IMG/VR virus record: IMGVR_UViG_3300020442_000006
Coordinates: 123,494-187,493 of that record
Strand: one strand, 5' to 3'
Length of the DNA stretch: 64,000 bases
Origin: a virus
A program made the position numbers and the translations under genes. Within the stretch, counting starts at the first letter, position 1; the number at the start of each line of letters is the position of its first letter. This document shows, piece by piece, positions 1 through 7,443 of this stretch. The notes beneath the pieces are model-generated. The model made no database searches. It was not told where the DNA came from and worked only from the letters and a program-made list of their open reading frames with translations.

Positions 1-317
1 GTAGTGAGATGGAGTGATAAAATTTCTCGTCTGAATCTAGACTTACCGAGTCGCTTAATATCATCAGTAAGTTCAGGGCACGATCCGTAGTATTTTTTCC
101 AGTCGCTTTCAGATGTAACTCTCCTAGACTTACCTCTAGGTTTTCGTTTTTGCCAAAAGTATTTTCTTCCGATGTACTCTCTCCCCGATTCGAGATTTGT
201 AATCCGATAGACAAAACCGAAATAAGAGTTAATGTCCTCAGATAGAAAAGGGGATCCGTTATAAATCCAGGGGTTTTCATAGTCAATCGCAGATTCCTTC
301 TTCGTCGTTGATGTCAC
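1..317 (-). CDS. GIY-YIG-like endonuclease family protein (3' end runs off the window)
   Basis: Translated by hand, not in the ORF track. GTG start at 317: MTSTTKKESAIDYEKPWIYNG...FGFVYRITNLESGREYIGRKYFW...SDWKKYYGS. The FVY..YIG motif pair is GIY-YIG-like. Confidence 0.65.
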   Translation of the reverse strand, partial: MTSTTKKESAIDYENPWIYNGSPFLSEDINSYFGFVYRITNLESGREYIGRKYFWQKRKPRGKSRRVTSESDWKKYYGSCPELTDDIKRLGKSRFRREILSLHLT

Positions 318-450
318 GGTAGGTAGTAGTCCTGTCAGTGTCACCATTAGTTATACGATACGCTGCAGCGTCTGCGTAAACTTCTGATTTTAGTTCTGCT
401 AATGCTTTTTCTATGTCAGCAATGAGAACCTTTAGGTTTCTTTTTTTCAT
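283..450 (-). CDS. Small hypothetical protein
   Basis: ORF track 283..480; the internal ATG at 450 (MKKRNLKVLIADIEKAL...) is the more plausible start. Fits the gene packing. Confidence 0.55.
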   Translation of the reverse strand: MKKRNLKVLIADIEKALAELKSEVYADAAAYRITNGDTDRTTTYRDINDEEGICD

Positions 451-513
451 AGTGTTTGTGAGGATAGACCCCAGTAGCAAAAGTAAGCGATGAGTGAGAA
501 TAAGACAAGTGCC

Positions 514-696
514 TTAAGATAGATCATCAGGTACAACTTCTTCGGGTGCACCTATCATATCAAACTTTTTGACTCCGTGGTCAAATTTGAGGATACGCTC
601 AATATGTCCTTTAACTTCCCAAGGAAATTTGGTCTCCGCTTCCACGAAGACCTCACCAACCTCAGGAATGTTTACCTTCTGTCTCCAAAGTTTCAT
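514..696 (-). CDS. Hypothetical protein, 60 aa
   Basis: ATGA overlap with the talC stop; co-oriented. Confidence 0.6.
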   Translation of the reverse strand: MKLWRQKVNIPEVGEVFVEAETKFPWEVKGHIERILKFDHGVKKFDMIGAPEEVVPDDLS

Positions 697-1361
697 TCGT
701 CTATGTGCAGTTCCTCTTGAAGTTTTGCCCAGTCGTTTTCAAACCTCTCAAGACCATTGTCTGTGAGGATATGTTTGTACATTTTATTGAAGACTTCGTA
801 TGGCATAGTCACAATGTCTGCCCCTGCATCAAAGCAACGTGCGACGTGGTGCACTTCGCGTACAGATGCAGCAAGGATCTCTGTCTCTACATCGTGCATA
901 CGATATACTCTAGAGATTGCTTGGACTAATGAAATACCTGAGAAAGAATTGTCGTTCAGTCTGCCAACAAAAGGAGACATCATAGATGCTCCTGCCTTTG
1001 CAGCGAGGATTGCTTGTGCGACTGAAAAGATTAACGTTACGTTTGTACTGATACCATCTGCTGATAGATCACTACAAGCAATCAAACCTTCACGTGTACA
1101 GGGTAGTTTGATTGTGACGTTGGGTGCGATACTATAGTATTCGTTTGCTGCTTCAAGCATTTCTTCAGCAGTATCACCCATAACCTCTGCTGAAATTGAA
1201 GCATCCCAAGAGAACAGATCACTGATTTCCTGTATAACATCTCTTGGATTTCTACCTGCCTTCAACATAAGAGAAGGGTTAGTAGTAACACCATCGATTA
1301 GAGAAGTCTCCATCGCGTGTTGGATAAGTTCGGGGTCCGAACAATCGAGAAAGATTTTCAT
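693..1361 (-). CDS. talC: Transaldolase (TalC/FSA family), auxiliary metabolic gene
   Basis: MKIFLD..., DGVTTNPSL, catalytic KLPCT, NVTLIFS, SPFVGRL, ILAASVR; 222 aa. Confidence 0.97.
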   Translation of the reverse strand: MKIFLDCSDPELIQHAMETSLIDGVTTNPSLMLKAGRNPRDVIQEISDLFSWDASISAEVMGDTAEEMLEAANEYYSIAPNVTIKLPCTREGLIACSDLSADGISTNVTLIFSVAQAILAAKAGASMMSPFVGRLNDNSFSGISLVQAISRVYRMHDVETEILAASVREVHHVARCFDAGADIVTMPYEVFNKMYKHILTDNGLERFENDWAKLQEELHIDE

Positions 1362-1402
1362 TCGGCAATACCTCTATCATCTTGTATTATATATCTTAGC
1401 AT

Positions 1403-1428
1403 AAAAAAAACACCCTGTGAAGGGTGTT
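1403..1428 (-). terminator. Rho-independent terminator
   Basis: Minus strand reads AACACCCT-TCAC-AGGGTGTT followed by a T-run, just downstream of the DUF4278-like ORF. Confidence 0.8.
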
Positions 1429-1452
1429 CGTTTCACGAAGTTATATCTAAGA

Positions 1453-1596
1453 TTAACTCTTAGATGCGAACTTACGCTCAACCTTGATGCCTCTGTACAT
1501 CATTTCGTGGTTACGATTTGATTGTGCTTCGGCGAGTACCTTTGCTTTGTACTCTTTAGCGTTGTACTTAACGCCTCTGTAAGTAATTAGTTCCAT
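1453..1596 (-). CDS. DUF4278-like small basic protein (glutamine synthetase inactivating factor-related family)
   Basis: Translated by hand: MELITYRGVKYNAKEYKAKVLAEAQSNRNHEMMYRGIKVERKFASKS (47 aa). Two YRG motifs; SD TTAGGAG upstream. Confidence 0.8.
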   Translation of the reverse strand: MELITYRGVKYNAKEYKAKVLAEAQSNRNHEMMYRGIKVERKFASKS

Positions 1597-1630
1597 TGAA
1601 ATACTCCTAAAGTAGTTGGATGTTTTAAGT

Positions 1631-1834
1631 CCGTTCCTTTAGTCGTTTGCGTCCCACGGACATTCAGGAGTTGCCTCTTGAATGACTTGAACCAACTCGA
1701 TCTTCTCCCCAGGGGAGAGTTGTTCGTGCCCCTGTACGTTTTGGATAAACCTCAACGCATCGTGACACTGAATATCGGTGTACATTAACAGCAACAAGTG
1801 CATTAACATAGTTGTTCAAGCATAGGGATGAACG
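1631..1834 (-). ncRNA. Split second glutamine-II-like aptamer (5' half 1834-1825, 3' half 1655-1631)
   Basis: CGUUCAUCCC ... GGGACGCAA-ACGACUAAA-GGAACGG. The 3' half has the same 8+9+7 nt spacing as copy 1. Confidence 0.55.
1639..1809 (-). CDS. Small hypothetical protein (56 aa, ends PECPWDAND) nested in the second riboswitch-like copy
   Basis: Translated by hand: MLMHLLLLMYTDIQCHDALRFIQNVQGHEQLSPGEKIELVQVIQEATPECPWDAND. The start could be 1809 or 1803. Confidence 0.65.
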   Translation of the reverse strand: MLMHLLLLMYTDIQCHDALRFIQNVQGHEQLSPGEKIELVQVIQEATPECPWDAND

Positions 1835-1835
1835 C

Positions 1836-1878
1836 TCCGTTCCGCGACTTACTTGCGTCCTCCAAGGAGGATGAACGT
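1836..1878 (-). ncRNA. Glutamine-II (Downstream-peptide) riboswitch-like aptamer, copy 1
   Basis: Reads CGUUCA-UCCUC(CUUG)GAGGA-CGCAA-GUAAGUCGC-GGAACGG. P1 is CGUUC/GAACG and P2 is a hairpin. This matches my recollection of the Downstream-peptide motif layout, and it lies upstream of a DUF4278 gene. Confidence 0.7.
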
Positions 1879-1903
1879 ATGGATATGATAACATACCCTG
1901 TAT

Positions 1904-1909
1904 TATTTA
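1904..1909 (-). promoter_or_regulatory. T4-type late promoter (TAAATA)
   Basis: CTAAATAATA lies about 25 nt upstream of the riboswitch-like leader. Confidence 0.65.
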
Positions 1910-1952
1910 GCAACATCTTTCTTTTTGTAACGTTTTCTATTCCTACGGATAC

Positions 1953-2582
1953 CTATACCTTTATCTCGTTTAAGATCCCGCTTAAGTTGCCTGAGGAACT
2001 TAAGATGTAGTTTAAGTTGATTATGCATCGATAGTCATTGTACTGCGGATTACTGCTCGCGTGAAAGTTATGACCATCGAAGATAATAAACCTACCTTGA
2101 CGTGGTTCGATCTTAGTTTTCAGCGTCAGTTTCTTACGTGATCCATCGTACATTTCATTGAAGAAGAACGTAGGACCATCTGAATCGTTCACATAATACA
2201 GCAACGTCATATGTGGAAAATCATAATCCACGTGTGGTGTATGGTATAGATGCTTCGATTCTTTCTTAGTTAATAGATTGATTTTGATACGTCTGAACTT
2301 TTCAAAGTCTCCTAGTTCGTCAGCGAAGTTCTCAGAAATATATTTCCACAGTGGTTCCACCACAATATCCCAAGCGTGTTGGGAAGAAATTTCTCCGTGG
2401 TTGTTTACAACTGTGTGCTGAAACTGGGGATCCTCCCCCGACAATTCATCGGGGATAGAATCATTGAACTTAGGGTCATACCCAGTTGTTTCAGTAATCA
2501 TATACCAAGGCCAATACGGACTATTCAATAGTCTTGCCTTGATGGGTTCCGACACAGTGGTCGGGACTTCACCAATAAACAT
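1953..2582 (-). CDS. 2OG-Fe(II) oxygenase superfamily protein
   Basis: HTPHVD (HxD), LLYYVNDSDGPT, distal HAS and R(C)IIN motifs. Confidence 0.85.
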   Translation of the reverse strand: MFIGEVPTTVSEPIKARLLNSPYWPWYMITETTGYDPKFNDSIPDELSGEDPQFQHTVVNNHGEISSQHAWDIVVEPLWKYISENFADELGDFEKFRRIKINLLTKKESKHLYHTPHVDYDFPHMTLLYYVNDSDGPTFFFNEMYDGSRKKLTLKTKIEPRQGRFIIFDGHNFHASSNPQYNDYRCIINLNYILSSSGNLSGILNEIKV

Positions 2583-2584
2583 AG

Positions 2585-3775
2585 TTAAAGTTTGAAACCA
2601 GAGAACGTATCTTTTTTAATGTCTTGTTTGATTGCTCCTACAACATAGGATTCAATCTCTGTTTCCTGTGGTGCATTCTGTTGACCTTTAGAGTTCAACC
2701 AATGATTTGTCCAAGGAAGTGGATTGTTTCTAGCAGGAATATCGTAGATAGGATCGATGCCGATCGCTTTCATTCTACGGTTAGCAGTCCACTCAACATA
2801 TTGTCCGAGAAGTTTAGCATTGAGTCCGATCATTGAACCATCTTTGAACAGATACTCTGCCCAGTCCTTCTCTTCTTCTACACAACGTTGGAACATTTCA
2901 ACAACGTTGTCTTTTTCCTCTTTGATGATGTCGATCATATCAGGATCGTCACCGTCTGCCCACTTGTTAAGAATGTTCTGAGTGATTACGAGGTGCTGTG
3001 ATTCATCACGTGCAATAAGTGAAATGATCTTAGCAGATCCTTCCATCTTTTTAAGTTCACCGAATCCAAAAGAACAAGCGAATGAAACATAGAAGCGAAT
3101 ACCCTCAAGGATATTCACATTCATAACTGCTCTATAGAGTCTACGCTTAAGTTCTTTCTTCTCCCAGTAAGCAGAAGGAGAATCTTTCCAGTCCTTCTTC
3201 CACCAGTTACCTTGTCCCCATTCCTGTGCGTAGTTGATGAACTCATCATACGCTTCAGTCACAGACTTAGCACGTGCAATAATTCTTTCGTCGTCAAGAA
3301 TCGTATCGAAAACCTCTTCTGGATTTGAGTAAACGTTCTTGATGATGTATGTGTAAGAGCGACTATGGATCATCTCCATAAACTCCCACGCAATCATCGC
3401 AGACTCAAGTTCAGGTAGTGAGCAATATGGAATGAATGCCATCCCAGGACCACGACCTTGTACAGAGTCAAGGAGGATCTGGTACCGTAGATTGCTCGTA
3501 AAGATGTGCTTTTGTGCATCAGTTAATTCTTGAAAGTCAGAACGATCCTTTTGGAGAGACACCTCTTCGGGTCTCCAGAAGAATCCTAATTGTGAATTGG
3601 TTAGTCTATCAAAGACAGGATACTTAAAACCATCGTATCTCTGGACACCAAGTGGTTGTCCAAAGAACATAGGTTGTTTCTTAGTATCGTGTTGTGTTTG
3701 ATTAAATACTGTAATTTTATCGATGCCTGTTTTTTTATTGTCTTCGGATGAGACCTTAAACTTTGCAACTGTCAC
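2585..3775 (-). CDS. nrdB: Ribonucleotide reductase class Ia, beta subunit
   Basis: FFWRPEEVSL, EMIHSRSY, EGIRFYVSF, DESQH, NAPQETE di-iron motifs. Confidence 0.98.
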   Translation of the reverse strand: MTVAKFKVSSEDNKKTGIDKITVFNQTQHDTKKQPMFFGQPLGVQRYDGFKYPVFDRLTNSQLGFFWRPEEVSLQKDRSDFQELTDAQKHIFTSNLRYQILLDSVQGRGPGMAFIPYCSLPELESAMIAWEFMEMIHSRSYTYIIKNVYSNPEEVFDTILDDERIIARAKSVTEAYDEFINYAQEWGQGNWWKKDWKDSPSAYWEKKELKRRLYRAVMNVNILEGIRFYVSFACSFGFGELKKMEGSAKIISLIARDESQHLVITQNILNKWADGDDPDMIDIIKEEKDNVVEMFQRCVEEEKDWAEYLFKDGSMIGLNAKLLGQYVEWTANRRMKAIGIDPIYDIPARNNPLPWTNHWLNSKGQQNAPQETEIESYVVGAIKQDIKKDTFSGFKL

Positions 3776-6059
3776 AGTCTTCCTCTGCCTCCAAAAGTTC
3801 GTTTACTAGTTGATCAACGCTTTGCGTTAGTTGTACGGTTGGTTCTTCTTCACCATCTTTCTTATTGTCATAAGTGTTATGATAGTAACTTGTCTTCCAA
3901 CCGTACTTGTAAGTAGTCAATAGGTCCATTGCCATAACGGAAGAGGGGACTTCGTTGTTTTCATAATTGCCTGGATTATAACTCCAGTTGCCACTGATTG
4001 CTTGGTCGAAGAACTTTTGCATCACAGCGACAATTTTAATATAACCTTCGTTGGAAGGCATATCCCATAGTAGGGTGTATTTATTTTTTAAGTATGGAAA
4101 ACCTGGAACAATCTGCTTAAGAGGTCCTTTCTTTGATTTCTTAATGGACAAGTAGTCTCTAGGCGGTTCGATTCCATTGGTAGCGTTTGACACAACGGAA
4201 CTAGATTCCGATGGCATTTGTGCGGACAGAGTGCTGTGCCTGAGTCCGAACTCTTTGATAGAAGACCTAAGACTATCCCAATCATAAGCAAGATCTACGT
4301 TTGTAATTTCATCTACCTCACTCTTATATGTATCGATAGGAAGAATTCCATCTGCATACTTTGTGTGTTGGAATCCATCACACGCACCCTTCTCCATTGC
4401 CAGAGCATTTGATGCCTTGAGCAAGTTGAATTGGAATGACTCAGTTAGTTGATGAACGATGTCATATGCACCCTGATCATCATACTTGAAACCATTCTTA
4501 GCAAGGTAATGTGCAAGACCAATGTAACCAATACCAAGTGAACGACGTGCAAGAGTAGAACGTTCTGCTGCCTTCACAGGATACTTCTGATAGTCAATCA
4601 GTTCTTCCAGACCACGGACTGCAAGGTCACATAGTTCCTCCATCTCATTGAGGTTACGAAGTTTACCTACGTTGATAGCAGAGAGAATACACAATGCAAT
4701 CTCACCACCATCATCATCAATGTGAGAGATAGGATCTGTGGGAAGAGTAATCTCTTGACAAAGGTTAGACATATTAACCTTGTCTTTGAATGAGGAGTGA
4801 GAGTTACAGTGATCGATATTCATAATGTAAATACGACCAGTCTCTGCTCTCTCTTTCAAAAGTGAGAGAATGATTTGGTTGGCGGGGACAGTCCGTCTAG
4901 CAATTTTCTCGTCCTGTTCGTACTTGGTGTAAAGATCGTCAAACAGATCAGTCCCAAAAGCATCATATAGACCAGGCACATCGTGAGGGGAGAATAGGGA
5001 GATGTCTTCACCTTGAATAAACCTTTCGTAGAATAGTTTAGAGATCTGAATACTATAGTCAAGTTTCCTGACTCTGTTGTCTTCAGTACCCTTGTTGTTT
5101 TTAAGAACAAGAATATCTTCTATCTCTTGGTGCCAGATAGGAAAGTGAACTGTAGCAGAACCACCTCTGATACCGTTTTGCGTACAGCATCTGACAGTTG
5201 CTTCAAACTTTTTGAGGAAGGGGACAACACCTGTGTGTTGTACCTCTCCGCCTCTGATTTTAGAGTTGATCCCACGGATCCTGCCTGCGTTAATGCCGAT
5301 ACCAGCACGTTGTGCGACGTATTTACCAATAGCCATATCACTGCTAAAGATACCATCGAGGGTGTCATCAACATCAACGAGAACACAAGATGCAAATTGA
5401 CGCATTGGTGTCCGAACCCCCGCGAGGACTGGTGTTGGGAGGTTGATTTTTCCTTTGGAGGTTGCTGTGTAGTAGCGTTGTACATACTCTAGACGACTGT
5501 TTTTAGGATAGTCTTGGAAGAGTGTTGCCGCAACCATAATGTACATATACTGAGGAGTCTCATATAGAATCCCAGTGCTTCTATCCTGTACTAGATACTT
5601 ATCTACAATCTGTCTCAACCCTGCATAGGTGAAACCCATACAACGTTCGTGATCAATATAACTGTTAAGGCAATCCCACTCTACAGGACTGTACTTATTT
5701 AGAATGTCACCATCGTACACACCTGCCTCTACGCAACGTTGTACGTGGTCGTGAAGATGTGGGTAACCAACTTCGTCTGCCCACTCAGGGAACACCTGCT
5801 TCCTCACATCAAACAGAAGAAGACGAGCAGCAACGTACTGATAGTTAGGAGACTCCATATCAATCAGATCACTAGCAGACCTGATCAGAATCTCTTGGAT
5901 TTCTTTTGTCTTAATGCCATCAAAGAATTGAATGTTGGCATTCATTTCCACTTGTGACTCACTTACACCAGTGAGACCTTCACACGCTAACTCAACCATC
6001 TTGTGTACCTTGTCGAGGTTGAGAGGGACGGGAGTACCGTCTCTTTTAATTACGTTCAT
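3756..6059 (-). CDS. nrdA: Ribonucleotide reductase class Ia, alpha subunit
   Basis: ATP-cone (VIKRDG), QFASCVL, SNLCQEI, SAQMPSESSS, KTSYY. ATGA overlap with the primase stop suggests a start at 6059. Confidence 0.98.
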   Translation of the reverse strand: MNVIKRDGTPVPLNLDKVHKMVELACEGLTGVSESQVEMNANIQFFDGIKTKEIQEILIRSASDLIDMESPNYQYVAARLLLFDVRKQVFPEWADEVGYPHLHDHVQRCVEAGVYDGDILNKYSPVEWDCLNSYIDHERCMGFTYAGLRQIVDKYLVQDRSTGILYETPQYMYIMVAATLFQDYPKNSRLEYVQRYYTATSKGKINLPTPVLAGVRTPMRQFASCVLVDVDDTLDGIFSSDMAIGKYVAQRAGIGINAGRIRGINSKIRGGEVQHTGVVPFLKKFEATVRCCTQNGIRGGSATVHFPIWHQEIEDILVLKNNKGTEDNRVRKLDYSIQISKLFYERFIQGEDISLFSPHDVPGLYDAFGTDLFDDLYTKYEQDEKIARRTVPANQIILSLLKERAETGRIYIMNIDHCNSHSSFKDKVNMSNLCQEITLPTDPISHIDDDGGEIALCILSAINVGKLRNLNEMEELCDLAVRGLEELIDYQKYPVKAAERSTLARRSLGIGYIGLAHYLAKNGFKYDDQGAYDIVHQLTESFQFNLLKASNALAMEKGACDGFQHTKYADGILPIDTYKSEVDEITNVDLAYDWDSLRSSIKEFGLRHSTLSAQMPSESSSVVSNATNGIEPPRDYLSIKKSKKGPLKQIVPGFPYLKNKYTLLWDMPSNEGYIKIVAVMQKFFDQAISGNWSYNPGNYENNEVPSSVMAMDLLTTYKYGWKTSYYHNTYDNKKDGEEEPTVQLTQSVDQLVNELLEAEEDCDSCKV

Positions 6060-7054
6060 ACTTTCTTCCATTGAGATAGTTTTAGTTTTGCTTCTAATCC
6101 TGAGTAGGTATTTGATTCTACCAGGTTTTGTACGTTGTGTCCTGCAAGAACCATATCATTAAGGTCCTTTTGTTGTATTCCTGACGGAAAGATTACTACT
6201 TTGTAACCTCTACCGATGGTGGCGGCGATCCTGTCGGTAATCTCTTTATTCCTTGGTTCGTTATCAAAAACAAAAACACAATCGCTCCAACCAAGCGACC
6301 TAGGATCAAGATCGGACCCACACATAGCAGCACCGTTTTCCAAGAAGAGGGAATCAAACGGTCCTTCCACGAGGTAGACGGTCCGTCCACTGTCCAGTCG
6401 GTCCTGCCCGAATACTTTTGTCTTAGTTTCATCGTATAGAATAGTAATGTAACGGAGACGAGAATTTGGCATTAGGGATCTACCCTGCACACCAAACCAT
6501 TTTCCGTCTTTATCAATCAGAGGAATGATGATACGGGGTCGATCATTCTGGAGGTTGTCAAATGTATGTTTCTGCGAATTGACATACTCTTTGAACTTTT
6601 CTGCATAGTATATAAGGTCAAGTTTTGACCCTGTAATGCCACGTTGTTCAAGGTATTGTCTTGCGGGATGTTCTGTATTTAGACTAGAAATAGTTGGGAG
6701 GTTAGTCCCTGTATTAAATACTGGTTTTGCTTTGAACACATCAGATTTTGGGTTAGCAACCCTTGTCCTTTTGCCTGTCAAACCATCCTTGTATCGCTCT
6801 AAAACGTACTGATCATATATGTCTCGTGCTTGGTCTTTTAAGAAGTTGCCAAGAGTTCTCCCTACCCCACAGTTATGACACTTAAAGATGATGTCATTCT
6901 GTTTAGTAAAGAAATACCCTCTCGCTTTCGATGCCTGCTTCTGGGAGTCTCCACAGTAGGGACATCTAAAGTTGTAGAGGGTAGATTTTTTTTCTTTGAA
7001 CTTATCAAGTCTGCTCCCGACAATGCGAGCATACTTGATGTCAATGAAACTCAT
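6056..7054 (-). CDS. g61: DNA primase (T4 gp61)
   Basis: Zn finger CPYCGD..CHNC, GVQGRSL, TOPRIM VEGPFDS, FDNEPRN, KDLNDM. Confidence 0.96.
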   Translation of the reverse strand: MSFIDIKYARIVGSRLDKFKEKKSTLYNFRCPYCGDSQKQASKARGYFFTKQNDIIFKCHNCGVGRTLGNFLKDQARDIYDQYVLERYKDGLTGKRTRVANPKSDVFKAKPVFNTGTNLPTISSLNTEHPARQYLEQRGITGSKLDLIYYAEKFKEYVNSQKHTFDNLQNDRPRIIIPLIDKDGKWFGVQGRSLMPNSRLRYITILYDETKTKVFGQDRLDSGRTVYLVEGPFDSLFLENGAAMCGSDLDPRSLGWSDCVFVFDNEPRNKEITDRIAATIGRGYKVVIFPSGIQQKDLNDMVLAGHNVQNLVESNTYSGLEAKLKLSQWKKV

Positions 7055-7062
7055 TCAACTTT

Positions 7063-7443
7063 TTATTCGACGCTTCTAATGATACTTGATTGATTGCTTC
7101 CTGTCAACATAGGTCCGATAACTCTCTGTCCTATGGGTGAGAGGATAAAACTGATGACTGTAAGAGCACCTGCGATAGTCCACATCTTTTTCTCTATCAT
7201 ACGGAGTCTTTCATCTACCAGACGGATGTCTCTCTCACATCCTTTCTTGATTGCATCTGTCTCTCTGGTGATGTCTTGATGTATTCTGTCAACTTTTTCA
7301 AACAAAATGTTATCTATCTCGTCTTGTTTGCTTAGTTTTTCATTGTGTACAGCAAGAAGTTGACCCATCTTTACAGAGTTCTCCTGTAATGAATCAACTA
7401 CTCGTTCGAGTCTCTCAATTATAGCGGTGTTAATATCAGACAT
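7063..7443 (-). CDS. Conserved coiled-coil protein with a C-terminal TM segment
   Basis: IIERLERVVDSLQENSVKMGQLLAVH...MWTIAGALTVISFIL; TAATG coupling gives a start at 7443. Confidence 0.75.
   Translation of the reverse strand: MSDINTAIIERLERVVDSLQENSVKMGQLLAVHNEKLSKQDEIDNILFEKVDRIHQDITRETDAIKKGCERDIRLVDERLRMIEKKMWTIAGALTVISFILSPIGQRVIGPMLTGSNQSSIIRSVE

Noticed and set aside
1664-1894. 76-aa ORF-track call across the riboswitch
   Set aside because: A different frame (1639..1809) gives a better protein; this call overlaps the structured leader.
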